Position numbers and translations under genes: made by a program. The notes under the pieces are model-generated. The model saw only the letters and a list, made by a program, of their open reading frames with translations, ran no database searches and was not told the DNA's origin. Source: Candidatus Thorarchaeota archaeon (GTDB taxonomy: Archaea; Asgardarchaeota; Thorarchaeia; Thorarchaeales; Thorarchaeaceae). Taken from it: a stretch of 23,695 nt of DNA. The stretch is taken from contig JBHIAE010000043.1 of the NCBI GenBank assembly GCA_046758445.1, positions 1 to 23,695 on the forward strand. The letters run 5' to 3'. Shown here piece after piece: positions 8,864 through 17,562 of the stretch (positions within the stretch are counted from its first letter, which is position 1; the number at the start of each line of letters is the position of its first letter).

Positions 8864-9394
8864 TCACACAATCAGTTTCTCAAAGAGAATCTCGTCAATG
8901 TAGCCTTTGGGCATTGCGAAATGGCGCTCACGTAGGCCAACCTCTCTGTAACCCATTGAGTGGTACAAAGATATCGCGATTTCATTGTCCTTGAAAGTGC
9001 TGAGAATGATCTTCTCGTATTTGGCATCAATGCATGCTAGTTCAGCAGCCTGCATCAGCGCCCGACCGATACCGATTCCTCGGTGTTTTCTGTCCACAAT
9101 TATGCCGAGCCGAGCAACGTGTTGAGATGCCATCCATTCCTCCGTCTGCAGCGTGAGGTGGCCGACATACGTGTCCTCCAACTCCGCGACGAGCATGATG
9201 TCACGACAATGACCAGTTCTTTGTATCCAGCTGGCCCAATCAGCTACATTGCTATTGGCGTTGAAGGTTGGTAACCAGATGCCCTCTTCGATGATTGCGC
9301 TAAAGCCTTTATGCAAGTTATTTGCATCTGCAGGCACAGCGTGACGCACTAGAATAGTACGGCCATCCTTTGAGTTGAACTCCCAAGTCTTCAA
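8864..9394 (-). CDS. GNAT family N-acetyltransferase
   Basis: Motif A VDRKHRGIGIGRALM and motif B NEIAISLYHSMGYREVG. The probable start is TTG 9394 after GAGG; the ORF track gives 9472. Confidence 0.9.
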   Translation of the reverse strand: MKTWEFNSKDGRTILVRHAVPADANNLHKGFSAIIEEGIWLPTFNANSNVADWASWIQRTGHCRDIMLVAELEDTYVGHLTLQTEEWMASQHVARLGIIVDRKHRGIGIGRALMQAAELACIDAKYEKIILSTFKDNEIAISLYHSMGYREVGLRERHFAMPKGYIDEILFEKLIV

Positions 9395-9516
9395 ACGGCA
9401 ACCTCGGCGAATGTGCAACGAATTACAACGAAAAGGATTGTGGTTCGACCAAGGAGGGCTTCTGCCAGCCATTTCTCGACAAGGCCGCTTGCCACATCAA
9501 ATAGAAGGGTGAAACG

Positions 9517-10485
9517 TCAACCTGCGCTCTTGGCGTCGACATCGGTTGAGGTGCCATCTTCTCGCTTGGTCATGCCGGACCACGTGACTTCTGATACTCC
9601 CTCTTGGCGCGCTACTTCGGCAAGACGTTCCATTGTTTCCACTGAAACAAGTTCAGCGTCTTTCAAGGGATACTCCAATCCGAAGAGCGCATACTTGTCA
9701 ATGCACATCTTGTTGAGCGCAAGTAGGTCAAACCTCTGGGTTTCGGGCATGTTCTCCACAATGAATCGTGCTATCGCACGTATGTTCTCTTCGCTGTCGG
9801 TGTAACCGGGAATTATCGGAGTTCGAATCCATACAGGGAGACCGCTCTTTGCCACAAGACGTGCGTTGGAGAGAACGCAGTCCAGGTGTACTCCTGTATA
9901 CTCCAAGTGCTTCCTAGGATCCATGACTTTGAAATCATAGAGAACCATGCTGGATACAGAGAGTGCACGCTCAAGGACAGACTCACTACAGTAGCCACAT
10001 GTGTCAAGTGCCACGTGAACGCCCTCGTTCCTAAGTCCCTGGGCAACCTCAATCATGAACTGTGCTTGATAGGTAGCCTCTCCACCAGAGAGAGTGACGC
10101 CACCGTTCGATGTTGTGAAGAATACTTTGTCACGCAAAAGTTCTTTCACAAGTTCTTGTGAGTTCCATTCCTTGCCCATCACCCTAATGGCACCAGTAGG
10201 ACATGCCTCTTCGCAATCACCGCAGACCTGGCACTTCTCACGATCGATCTGCATACCCTCTGACGTCAGCTCCAAAGCGCTCTCAGGGCATACTTCAATA
10301 CAGGCTTTGTGACCAATACACTTTGCAGAGTACCACACAGTCTGAGGTCTTGAGTCAATGGTCTCTATGTTGTGGCACCAGACGCAGCTGAGAGGACATC
10401 CTTTGAAGAAGACTGTGGTCCTGATTCCAGGACCGTCCTCAGTCGAGCATCTTTGAATGTTGGTTATCAGTCCGGTCTGCATCAC
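9517..10485 (-). CDS. Glycyl-radical enzyme activating protein (radical SAM with ferredoxin insert)
   Basis: DGPGIRTTVFFKGCPLSCVWCHN (CxxxCxxC), an inserted ferredoxin-like domain, and GGVTLSGGE, ALDTCG and IRTPIIPG motifs. Confidence 0.93.
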   Translation of the reverse strand: MMQTGLITNIQRCSTEDGPGIRTTVFFKGCPLSCVWCHNIETIDSRPQTVWYSAKCIGHKACIEVCPESALELTSEGMQIDREKCQVCGDCEEACPTGAIRVMGKEWNSQELVKELLRDKVFFTTSNGGVTLSGGEATYQAQFMIEVAQGLRNEGVHVALDTCGYCSESVLERALSVSSMVLYDFKVMDPRKHLEYTGVHLDCVLSNARLVAKSGLPVWIRTPIIPGYTDSEENIRAIARFIVENMPETQRFDLLALNKMCIDKYALFGLEYPLKDAELVSVETMERLAEVARQEGVSEVTWSGMTKREDGTSTDVDAKSAG

Positions 10486-10655
10486 AGAAAGCTCTGTAGC
10501 TTCCTCTTAATAATCTCCTCTTGTGGCTCTTTGGCCGCTAGACTCAATCACCAATACACTGGAGTACGAATATGGAACTGGCGCTAGCTTTAAAAACGGG
10601 GTCAGTCCTGTCGCCCCAGCCTGACCTACCGGTCACTAGGTATCAGGAAGGCTCG

Positions 10656-12839
10656 ATGATGAAGTCAACCAATAGACTCCTTACTGTGCTGCTACTGGCA
10701 TTGGTCTTGGCGGGGGCCATGCAGGCTCAGCCGTTAGCAATGAACAGCACCAACGATTACAGAGCCCAACTAGATACATCGCTATCATTAGTGTTGGCGG
10801 GCTTTGACTCACAGAACATTAGTGTCAGTCTTGTCAGCCCCACAAATAGAAGTGGAGTGTCTGGCACCTTCAACATCACACTGGACATAGCTTCTGACTT
10901 CGGAGTCTTGAATACTACACTGTTTATTGACGGGGCTATCTACCCAGCATACAACGAAACACCGCTGAGCACAGGAACTCAGAACCTGACAGTGGACACA
11001 GTTTCATTTCCAGAGGGCAACCTGAACTTCACTGTGTTTCTGGAGTACAAGAACGACACTTGGGACGAGAGAGAGTCCTCCTACTTAGTCTACTTTGTTG
11101 ATAATGATGGACAGAACTTCGAGATCAACCTTTTGAGTCCAGCAAACGAAAGTACACTCGTAGGAACTGAGGGTCTTCAACTCAACATAACATCAGACTT
11201 CGACAACATCAATTTCACACTTCTCATTGATGGTGTTGCCTATCCCACCTACGACTTTGTCTTGATTGCCGCACAACAGCAGACAATCAATGTGGATACA
11301 ACGACACTTAGAGAAGGCTGGTTGAATTTCACATTGGTGTTTGACTATGAAGTTGTCAATGTCCAGGAAACACATCTGCACTTTCTGATGTTCCTCATAG
11401 ATAATGATGGTCAGCCGATAACGTTGAGTCTTTTGTCTCCGACCAACCAAAGCGAAGTTTCGGGTGTCTTCAATCTGACCGTAGAGATCGCTTCAGACTA
11501 TGGTCTGGTCAATCTCACTCTATTCGTCGACAATGTCATTCAGTATTCTCAGTACAATGAGACCCCATTTGTGTACGGGGTCCACGACCTCACACTCAAT
11601 ACCACGGTGCTCAAGGAAGGTCTGAACAACTTCACTGTCCTTCTTGAGTACAACGTAACCGGTGAGAACGCCAAGATAGCATATTACTTTGAGTTCATAG
11701 TCAACAACTTTGGGGCGCCCAATGTTGTCATCCTTTCTCCTGACGTGGACGGTCAGTTCACCGGAGTCGACATGATTGAACTCAACATAACTTCTGCCTA
11801 CAGCTTTGTGAACCTCACCATCAGTGTTGACGGTGTCATAACCCCAGAGTACAACTCCACGACGGTACCTGTGGGAGCGGGAATGTACAGTATAAACGGC
11901 AGTCGATATGAGAACGGGCACCACATCGTAACTGCCACTGTCAAGACTGCAGAGGGATTGGAGAACTCAGCCTCCCGTCAGCTCTTCTTCCTTGACCACA
12001 TTCGATTCTATGTGAGAGGCATCACGAACTTCGATGAGATAGCAGGTAACGAGAGCATCAACCTAAGAATCGAAACGCCATACCAGAATGTGACGGTATC
12101 CGTGTATGTCGACGATGTACTGGTGCCGGGCATCGTGAATGTGACTGTACCGGCTGGTGATGCAATCCTCACCCTTGACACCACGCCTTACAGTGAAGGC
12201 CCACACAATGTCACGTTCAGGGCATTCAGCGTTGGGGGTCACTCTTGGGAGAACTTGCTGATCCTCGTCGTTGACAATCACGGAGCGCCTTCTGTGACTC
12301 TCACATCTCCGCTTACGGAAGTCATTGTTGGGATAACTACATTCACTATCGAGATTGAAAGTACATGGGATACCGTCAATCTCACCGTCTTTGTTGACGA
12401 CGTAGAGGTCTCTACGCTCAGTGGCCTGTCTGTCGATGTGGGCGAAGTGACCTTCGAGATTGACACAAACAACTACAGCAAATGGGAACACACAGTAAGA
12501 GTCTTGGTAACTACGGAGGAAGGACTCACTGGAGAGACTGAGGCAGTCTTCGGATTCGCTAACATGAAGATAGAAGAGATCGTGAGCATTGCGATCGTAT
12601 TAGTGATAGGAATAGGACTACCCGTGCGGCAGTGGCGGAAAGGTGGCTCGATGAGAGCTGTTCTGTTTGCAGATCTTCTGTTCGTGGCTGTAGTAGGCGG
12701 GCTCTACTTAGTGCTCGGAATAAACTCCCTGGCGTTTGCCTTGTGGCATATCAATTTGGCTAGCATATGGGCAATAGGAATTGCCTTCATATTCACAAAT
12801 TGGCTTGTTCCCTTGGCAGTAGAATCACAAGAAGAGTGA
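10656..12839 (+). CDS. Cell-surface glycoprotein with six tandem Ig-like repeats and a C-terminal 3-TM anchor
   Basis: Signal peptide MMKSTNRLLTVLLLALVLAGA; about 95-100 aa beta-rich repeats (LxSPxN...VxGxxNxxxxIxS...LFxDG...DTxxxxEG...VDN); many N-x-S/T sequons; three terminal hydrophobic helices. A TATA at 10589-10596 supports start 10656 over 10572. Confidence 0.8.
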   Translation: MMKSTNRLLTVLLLALVLAGAMQAQPLAMNSTNDYRAQLDTSLSLVLAGFDSQNISVSLVSPTNRSGVSGTFNITLDIASDFGVLNTTLFIDGAIYPAYNETPLSTGTQNLTVDTVSFPEGNLNFTVFLEYKNDTWDERESSYLVYFVDNDGQNFEINLLSPANESTLVGTEGLQLNITSDFDNINFTLLIDGVAYPTYDFVLIAAQQQTINVDTTTLREGWLNFTLVFDYEVVNVQETHLHFLMFLIDNDGQPITLSLLSPTNQSEVSGVFNLTVEIASDYGLVNLTLFVDNVIQYSQYNETPFVYGVHDLTLNTTVLKEGLNNFTVLLEYNVTGENAKIAYYFEFIVNNFGAPNVVILSPDVDGQFTGVDMIELNITSAYSFVNLTISVDGVITPEYNSTTVPVGAGMYSINGSRYENGHHIVTATVKTAEGLENSASRQLFFLDHIRFYVRGITNFDEIAGNESINLRIETPYQNVTVSVYVDDVLVPGIVNVTVPAGDAILTLDTTPYSEGPHNVTFRAFSVGGHSWENLLILVVDNHGAPSVTLTSPLTEVIVGITTFTIEIESTWDTVNLTVFVDDVEVSTLSGLSVDVGEVTFEIDTNNYSKWEHTVRVLVTTEEGLTGETEAVFGFANMKIEEIVSIAIVLVIGIGLPVRQWRKGGSMRAVLFADLLFVAVVGGLYLVLGINSLAFALWHINLASIWAIGIAFIFTNWLVPLAVESQEE

Positions 12840-12841
12840 CA

Positions 12842-13687
12842 CTAGGCGAGCTTGGTGACAGGGAAGTTCCGATTCATTTCCGACTTCCACTTCATGACTG
12901 ACGAGTACCAAGGTAGTCTATCCTGAGGAATCAGGGTATACGTCGTCCGAACCTTGAGTTTCGAGGCCGCCTTTGCAGTCTTCAGAACAACTAGCTCCGC
13001 ATACTCTTCACCATACTTCGTGACGTCAGCCACGAATTGAGCTGTCTTACCCTCAGCAACGACTGCGCCTATGCCAGCCAATCTGTCTTCGGAGAAATAC
13101 TCCATCAATAGACCCTTCTTCTTCCTAGTGACTATTTCACGAACAACTTCAGCCAGCTGTCCAGGATATGCAAGGTTGGAGAATCGCATTGTCTTTGGTA
13201 AGGTTGACGCCGTTGTCAGATTCACAGTCTTCACTTTCTTGGACCGTTTGGCTGGAATCCTGCTGACAGGCGCTTCAATTCTCATCACCCAGTACCGTTT
13301 GTGATAGTCAACTTTCATCCAGTAGTTGTAGGCCTCAGGAGGAGTTGTCGCCACGATTCTACCAGCTCCCTTCTCTCTCAAGACCTTCTCGGCTGCACGC
13401 GTTAGCTTCGTCCCGATACCCCTCTTCTGATATCTAACATCGACACCAAGACTTCGGATAATGCCTAGCTTTCCAGCTACAGGGTTTCGCTCGACGCGAA
13501 ACAGAATCTCTCCCACGACTTTACCTCTGAAAGTAGCAACCAGCCAGCCCCATCTCTCGAAGGCGACACCGCGATGCTCACTCTTCACCTGTTCAACCGT
13601 AGTGAAGCCTTCAGACCATCGCGTACCCATGTATACTTCAAGAAGGTCCTTGCAGTCCTTCATGACGCCTCTTCTGATGGTGACCAT
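12842..13687 (-). CDS. GNAT family N-acetyltransferase (N-terminal GNAT plus basic C-terminal domain)
   Basis: LGVDVRYQKRGIGTKLTRAAE motif A and AYNYWMKVDY motif B. The C-terminal half may be a degenerate second GNAT fold. Confidence 0.8.
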   Translation of the reverse strand: MVTIRRGVMKDCKDLLEVYMGTRWSEGFTTVEQVKSEHRGVAFERWGWLVATFRGKVVGEILFRVERNPVAGKLGIIRSLGVDVRYQKRGIGTKLTRAAEKVLREKGAGRIVATTPPEAYNYWMKVDYHKRYWVMRIEAPVSRIPAKRSKKVKTVNLTTASTLPKTMRFSNLAYPGQLAEVVREIVTRKKKGLLMEYFSEDRLAGIGAVVAEGKTAQFVADVTKYGEEYAELVVLKTAKAASKLKVRTTYTLIPQDRLPWYSSVMKWKSEMNRNFPVTKLA

Positions 13688-13758
13688 ATTTCCCGCCCGG
13701 CACTAGTGGTATGAATGAGTCCCCTGAGCGAAAACATAAGGATGTGTATCACAGGACT

Positions 13759-14685
13759 CTAGAGATTTTCACCAATTGAGATGCAGGTCTTGGTAATGGA
13801 TGTAGCACTGGGCCCGAACAGGTAGAGGATCGGTTCAATTCCAACACCACCCGGTACGTGGATTCCAATTGTCGAGCTTTCCGGATCCAGACTCGTTGCG
13901 GCATCTCTAGCTGCATTTGAGATTTCTTCTGGATTACTCGCAGGTTCGTCCAATCTGATAGTCGCTAGGCCTTTCCCTTCGGCCACTTGAAGAACCTCGT
14001 CCTTTCCGCTTATGCCTAGACAAGACCGTATTTCTGGCCAGATACTCCTTGCCCACAGGAGTAAGGTCGCAGTATGTCGTGATGCTCCGAACTGAGGCAC
14101 GGTGAGAGCCTTTGCCCTGTTTGCCACTACAGTGATGCGGCCAGGAATCGCAGCCACATCGGCTGGTGTAAGCGCACTTTCATCGCATGCAACGAGATTG
14201 GCTCTAACCTGCGGCATGACCTTTGGAAACCCCTTCGCACTTTCAATTAACTTCAGGGCCTCTTGCATATCCTGGAGGATTTGAGCCCTACCAGTGAATG
14301 TCGTTTCAGTTCCTCCCAACAGCTCAGTACATATCTGACAGTTTAGCTCTCCAAGAGAGGGGACCCTTTCTCTGTGCATTGTGCAGATGGTAGATCCGAT
14401 TCTCAGAGACATGCAGGTTGAGCAGATCTCTCGCACTAGTTCGTCGTCTGTACTTGTACCATTGAGGATCCCAGTGCTCAATCGATCCGCCAGAGCGCCG
14501 ATGGGTTCAGACAATTGACCTTGCGTTGACTCTTGGCTCAGATATTTGCTTACTGCGGCCTGTGTGATACTCATTCGACGAGCTATCTCACTCTGCGACA
14601 TGTTTGCCTCAGTCAGTTTTGATGCAAGGGAAGATCTCAAATGTGGAAGAAACTCTCGCTGGACCATTTCACAAGGGGGTCTCAT
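13759..14685 (-). CDS. thiR: ThiR-type transcriptional regulator (XRE-like HTH plus ThiN-like thiamine-phosphate-binding domain)
   Basis: MRPPCE...SQSEIARRMSITQAAVSKYL HTH; a Cys/His cluster (CxxC...CxxH...CxxC); ThiN-like MPQVRANL, DVAAIPGRI, PQFGASRH and GGVGIEPILYLFG. Divergent from a thiamine ABC transporter. Confidence 0.85.
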   Translation of the reverse strand: MRPPCEMVQREFLPHLRSSLASKLTEANMSQSEIARRMSITQAAVSKYLSQESTQGQLSEPIGALADRLSTGILNGTSTDDELVREICSTCMSLRIGSTICTMHRERVPSLGELNCQICTELLGGTETTFTGRAQILQDMQEALKLIESAKGFPKVMPQVRANLVACDESALTPADVAAIPGRITVVANRAKALTVPQFGASRHTATLLLWARSIWPEIRSCLGISGKDEVLQVAEGKGLATIRLDEPASNPEEISNAARDAATSLDPESSTIGIHVPGGVGIEPILYLFGPSATSITKTCISIGENL

Positions 14686-14722
14686 CTCAATCTCTCCAGA
14701 GGAAGCTATTTATCTAGGGGAT

Positions 14723-14753
14723 TTGTATAACAATGTTGTATAACTATGATATA
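14723..14753. promoter_or_regulatory. Candidate ThiR operator (two overlapping imperfect palindromes / 13-bp tandem repeat)
   Basis: TTGTATAACAATG TTGTATAACTATG. Read as palindromes: TATAAC-AAT-GTTGTA and TATAAC-TAT-GATATA, each one mismatch from TATAAC-N3-GTTATA. Confidence 0.7.
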
Positions 14754-14769
14754 AAGCTGGTGTAACCTG

Positions 14770-15900
14770 ATGGCAGAATATCCAGTGAGAAGGAACCCTG
14801 TCTATGCAGTTGTGGCTATTGCAGTACTAGTGACTGCAATTGTTGGAGGAATAATCTTGATCGGATTCACTCCGCCAAGTGAAAGGCCCACTCTTTTCGT
14901 CTATACTTATGACAGCTTCATGGTCTGGGGCAACGAACCCGGAACCATAGATAGCCGCGCTTTTGATGACTTTGAAGATAGGTACAATGTGAATGTGAGT
15001 ATCCAGAGGCTTCCCACAGATGCGAGTGGCATCATAACACGACTGGGGGCTGAGAGTGCCAATCCAGTTGCAGATGTTGTGGTAGGAATAGACAACATTC
15101 TCATCCTCGAACCTGGAGTGACTGACCTCCTGACTCCATTTCAGCCACCCAACCTGAACATGGTGAATGCATCGATTATCAACGCGTTGGATCCTGACCA
15201 CTACCTGACTCCCTTTGACTTCGGCTTGGTGACCCTAATCTACAACAAGACCTCGTTCAGTCCAACAACTTATCCACAACTAAACAATCTCACCTTCCAG
15301 AATCTTACTGACCCCGTATTTGCCAATGCCCTGGTCACTGAGAACCCTCACTTCAGTAGCCCGGGACTCGCCTTCCTTCTAACAGAGATCACAGTTCACG
15401 AGAAGCTGTTGGGTGAGAATTGGACACAGTGGTGGATTGACGTGAACGAATACATCGACGTTGAGTCAGGATGGTCAGAGGCATGGAGTGCTTGGTACAA
15501 CGACCCCACCAAACACATTCTAAACAGCTATGGCACTGATCCAGCATATTCTGTGTATTTCTATGGAGGAGAACCCGATACCGGTATTGCCCCAATCTAC
15601 CATGACGGTGAACACTACGCTTGGATGCAGGTCGAGGGAATGGGTCTCGTTAAGAACGGGCCAAACCCGGAACTAGGCAAGCTCTTCATTGAGTACTGCC
15701 TGAACGAAACTGTGCAATCATTAATAGCTACAAACAATTGGATGTTCCCTGTAAGAAACCAAGTCACTCTTCATCCAGCGTTCAATTACGCGCTACACCC
15801 GAGTGAAGTAAACATACTTAATCAGCTGCTTCCCAGAACAGAAATTGCCACGAATCTGAATTCATGGCTTGACCAGTTCGATGAGATTCGAACACCCTAG
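14770..15900 (+). CDS. thiB: Thiamine ABC transporter substrate-binding protein
   Basis: N-terminal TM anchor; VYTYDSF, ADVVVGIDN, PFDFG, SSPGLAFL, GWSEAW, SYGTDPAY, QVEG and NWMFPV motifs, typical of TbpA/ThiB. Confidence 0.92.
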   Translation: MAEYPVRRNPVYAVVAIAVLVTAIVGGIILIGFTPPSERPTLFVYTYDSFMVWGNEPGTIDSRAFDDFEDRYNVNVSIQRLPTDASGIITRLGAESANPVADVVVGIDNILILEPGVTDLLTPFQPPNLNMVNASIINALDPDHYLTPFDFGLVTLIYNKTSFSPTTYPQLNNLTFQNLTDPVFANALVTENPHFSSPGLAFLLTEITVHEKLLGENWTQWWIDVNEYIDVESGWSEAWSAWYNDPTKHILNSYGTDPAYSVYFYGGEPDTGIAPIYHDGEHYAWMQVEGMGLVKNGPNPELGKLFIEYCLNETVQSLIATNNWMFPVRNQVTLHPAFNYALHPSEVNILNQLLPRTEIATNLNSWLDQFDEIRTP

Positions 15901-15915
15901 ATTGAGGATCAAATC

Positions 15916-17562
15916 TTGGACAGGCGCTCGATACCTAGACTATTGGCCATAGCATCACCCCTTGTGCTATTGGGTATGTTCCTTGTGTACCCCGTAATGG
16001 CGGTGATTGCAGATGGTCTACTGTACGGGCCGGGTTCGTCTTTCGCAGAAACTCTGACATCACCTGTTAGTCGTCGTGTTCTGGAGTTCACCTTGCTTCA
16101 GGCCACACTCAGTACTCTACTGGTCGTGATCGTTGGACTTCCCGGAGCCTTTGTGTTAGCACGAATCAAGATGAGAGGTAAGTCACTTCTAAGGGCGACG
16201 CTGATTGTCCCATTTGTTTTGCCGCCTATTGTAGTCGTTGTGGGATTCCTCAGAGTGTTTGGGCCGTTCGGAATTGTGGATTCAATTGCAATGACAATCC
16301 TTGGGACTACCGATAGCGTCCTGAATCTTGCAAGCGGAATTGTTGGCATTGTCCTAGCGCACACATTCTACAACATCCCATTAGTGATAGTGATGGTTTC
16401 ATCATCACTTGAGCGACTGAATCCAGACATCGAAGAGAGTGCAGAGGCCTTAGGTGCCTCGTCACTTCAGAAGTTCAGGCATATCATTTTTCCCCACATC
16501 CGCGGCGCCCTGTTGGCCGCGTCGATTCTTACATTTCTCTTCTGTTTCATGTCGTTTCCAATTGTCCTTGCCCTAGGCGAGGGAAGGTTCATGACGTTGG
16601 AGGTAAGAATCTGGATGGCGTTCAGGTCATTCGATTTTGGAGAAGCCAGCTCTTTAGCGGCGATTCAAATCCTCACGACGATAGCCTTGGCATATTCCTA
16701 TGTGAAACTAGGGAGAGTCGAAGACCAAGATGTAAGCAGGACAGCCTCCATCAAGACACTCGAGTTTGGAGAAATGAGATTGAGATATCGAGGCATGATC
16801 TTTGCCTACCTCTTGCTGGTTGGAATACTTGTCTTTGGCCCGATAGCCGCCATCATTGAAGCAGCGATCTATGACCCCCTTGGAGGCGCATATACTCTGA
16901 GAGGTTTTGCAAACTTGCTGGAGCCAGGCACCGGAGGAGGCTTGGTGCCACTTGTGAACTCGTTGCTCTATGCGACGCTGGCAACTCTATTGGCAGTTGC
17001 ACTCGGCATTCCTCTGGCATATGCCCATCGCTCTCGAAGAACTGGCGTTCCAGCCTTCGCGTCAGCAATGACACTGTTGCCGCTAGGGGTATCGGCGATA
17101 ACAGTTGCATATGGGCTAATGCGAATGATTGCTGTACCTTTGGGACTAACAACAAACCCGTGGTCATTGATCGTGATTGCTCAGACAATCATCGGACTTC
17201 CCTTTAGTGCCCGTGCGATTGAGATATCCCTGAGGGGAATTGACCCGGAAATCATAGAACAGGCTGACTCACTTGGAGCTTCGCGTTTCCAGAGATTGTT
17301 CTTTGTAGAACTACCTCTTCTCGCACCCGGCATACTAGCAGGAGGAGTGTTCGCTTTCGCCATGGCAATCGGAGAGATGTCTGCGACTCTGTTCATAGCC
17401 CTAGAACAGAACACCACATTGGCGGTTGTCATATACCAATACTTGGGAGTGAGAAGAATGGTCGAGGCGGGGGCAGCTGCTCTCATCCTCGTAGCAATAT
17501 GCTTCACGGCCTTCCTGTTAATCGAAAGACTCTCAGGCGACTCGTCTGGAGGTGCACTATGA
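15916..17562 (+). CDS. thiP: Thiamine ABC transporter permease (duplicated TM domain)
   Basis: FTLLQATLST, PFVLPPIVV and LAHTFYNIPL motifs; two EAA loops (EESAEALGAS, EQADSLGAS); TTG start. Confidence 0.9.
   Translation: MDRRSIPRLLAIASPLVLLGMFLVYPVMAVIADGLLYGPGSSFAETLTSPVSRRVLEFTLLQATLSTLLVVIVGLPGAFVLARIKMRGKSLLRATLIVPFVLPPIVVVVGFLRVFGPFGIVDSIAMTILGTTDSVLNLASGIVGIVLAHTFYNIPLVIVMVSSSLERLNPDIEESAEALGASSLQKFRHIIFPHIRGALLAASILTFLFCFMSFPIVLALGEGRFMTLEVRIWMAFRSFDFGEASSLAAIQILTTIALAYSYVKLGRVEDQDVSRTASIKTLEFGEMRLRYRGMIFAYLLLVGILVFGPIAAIIEAAIYDPLGGAYTLRGFANLLEPGTGGGLVPLVNSLLYATLATLLAVALGIPLAYAHRSRRTGVPAFASAMTLLPLGVSAITVAYGLMRMIAVPLGLTTNPWSLIVIAQTIIGLPFSARAIEISLRGIDPEIIEQADSLGASRFQRLFFVELPLLAPGILAGGVFAFAMAIGEMSATLFIALEQNTTLAVVIYQYLGVRRMVEAGAAALILVAICFTAFLLIERLSGDSSGGAL

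Noticed and set aside
14686-14769. TPP riboswitch ahead of the thiamine transporter
   Set aside because: No CUGAGA or CCUGAU...GCGUAGG core is present, and the gap is short and AT-rich. A protein operator explains the region better.
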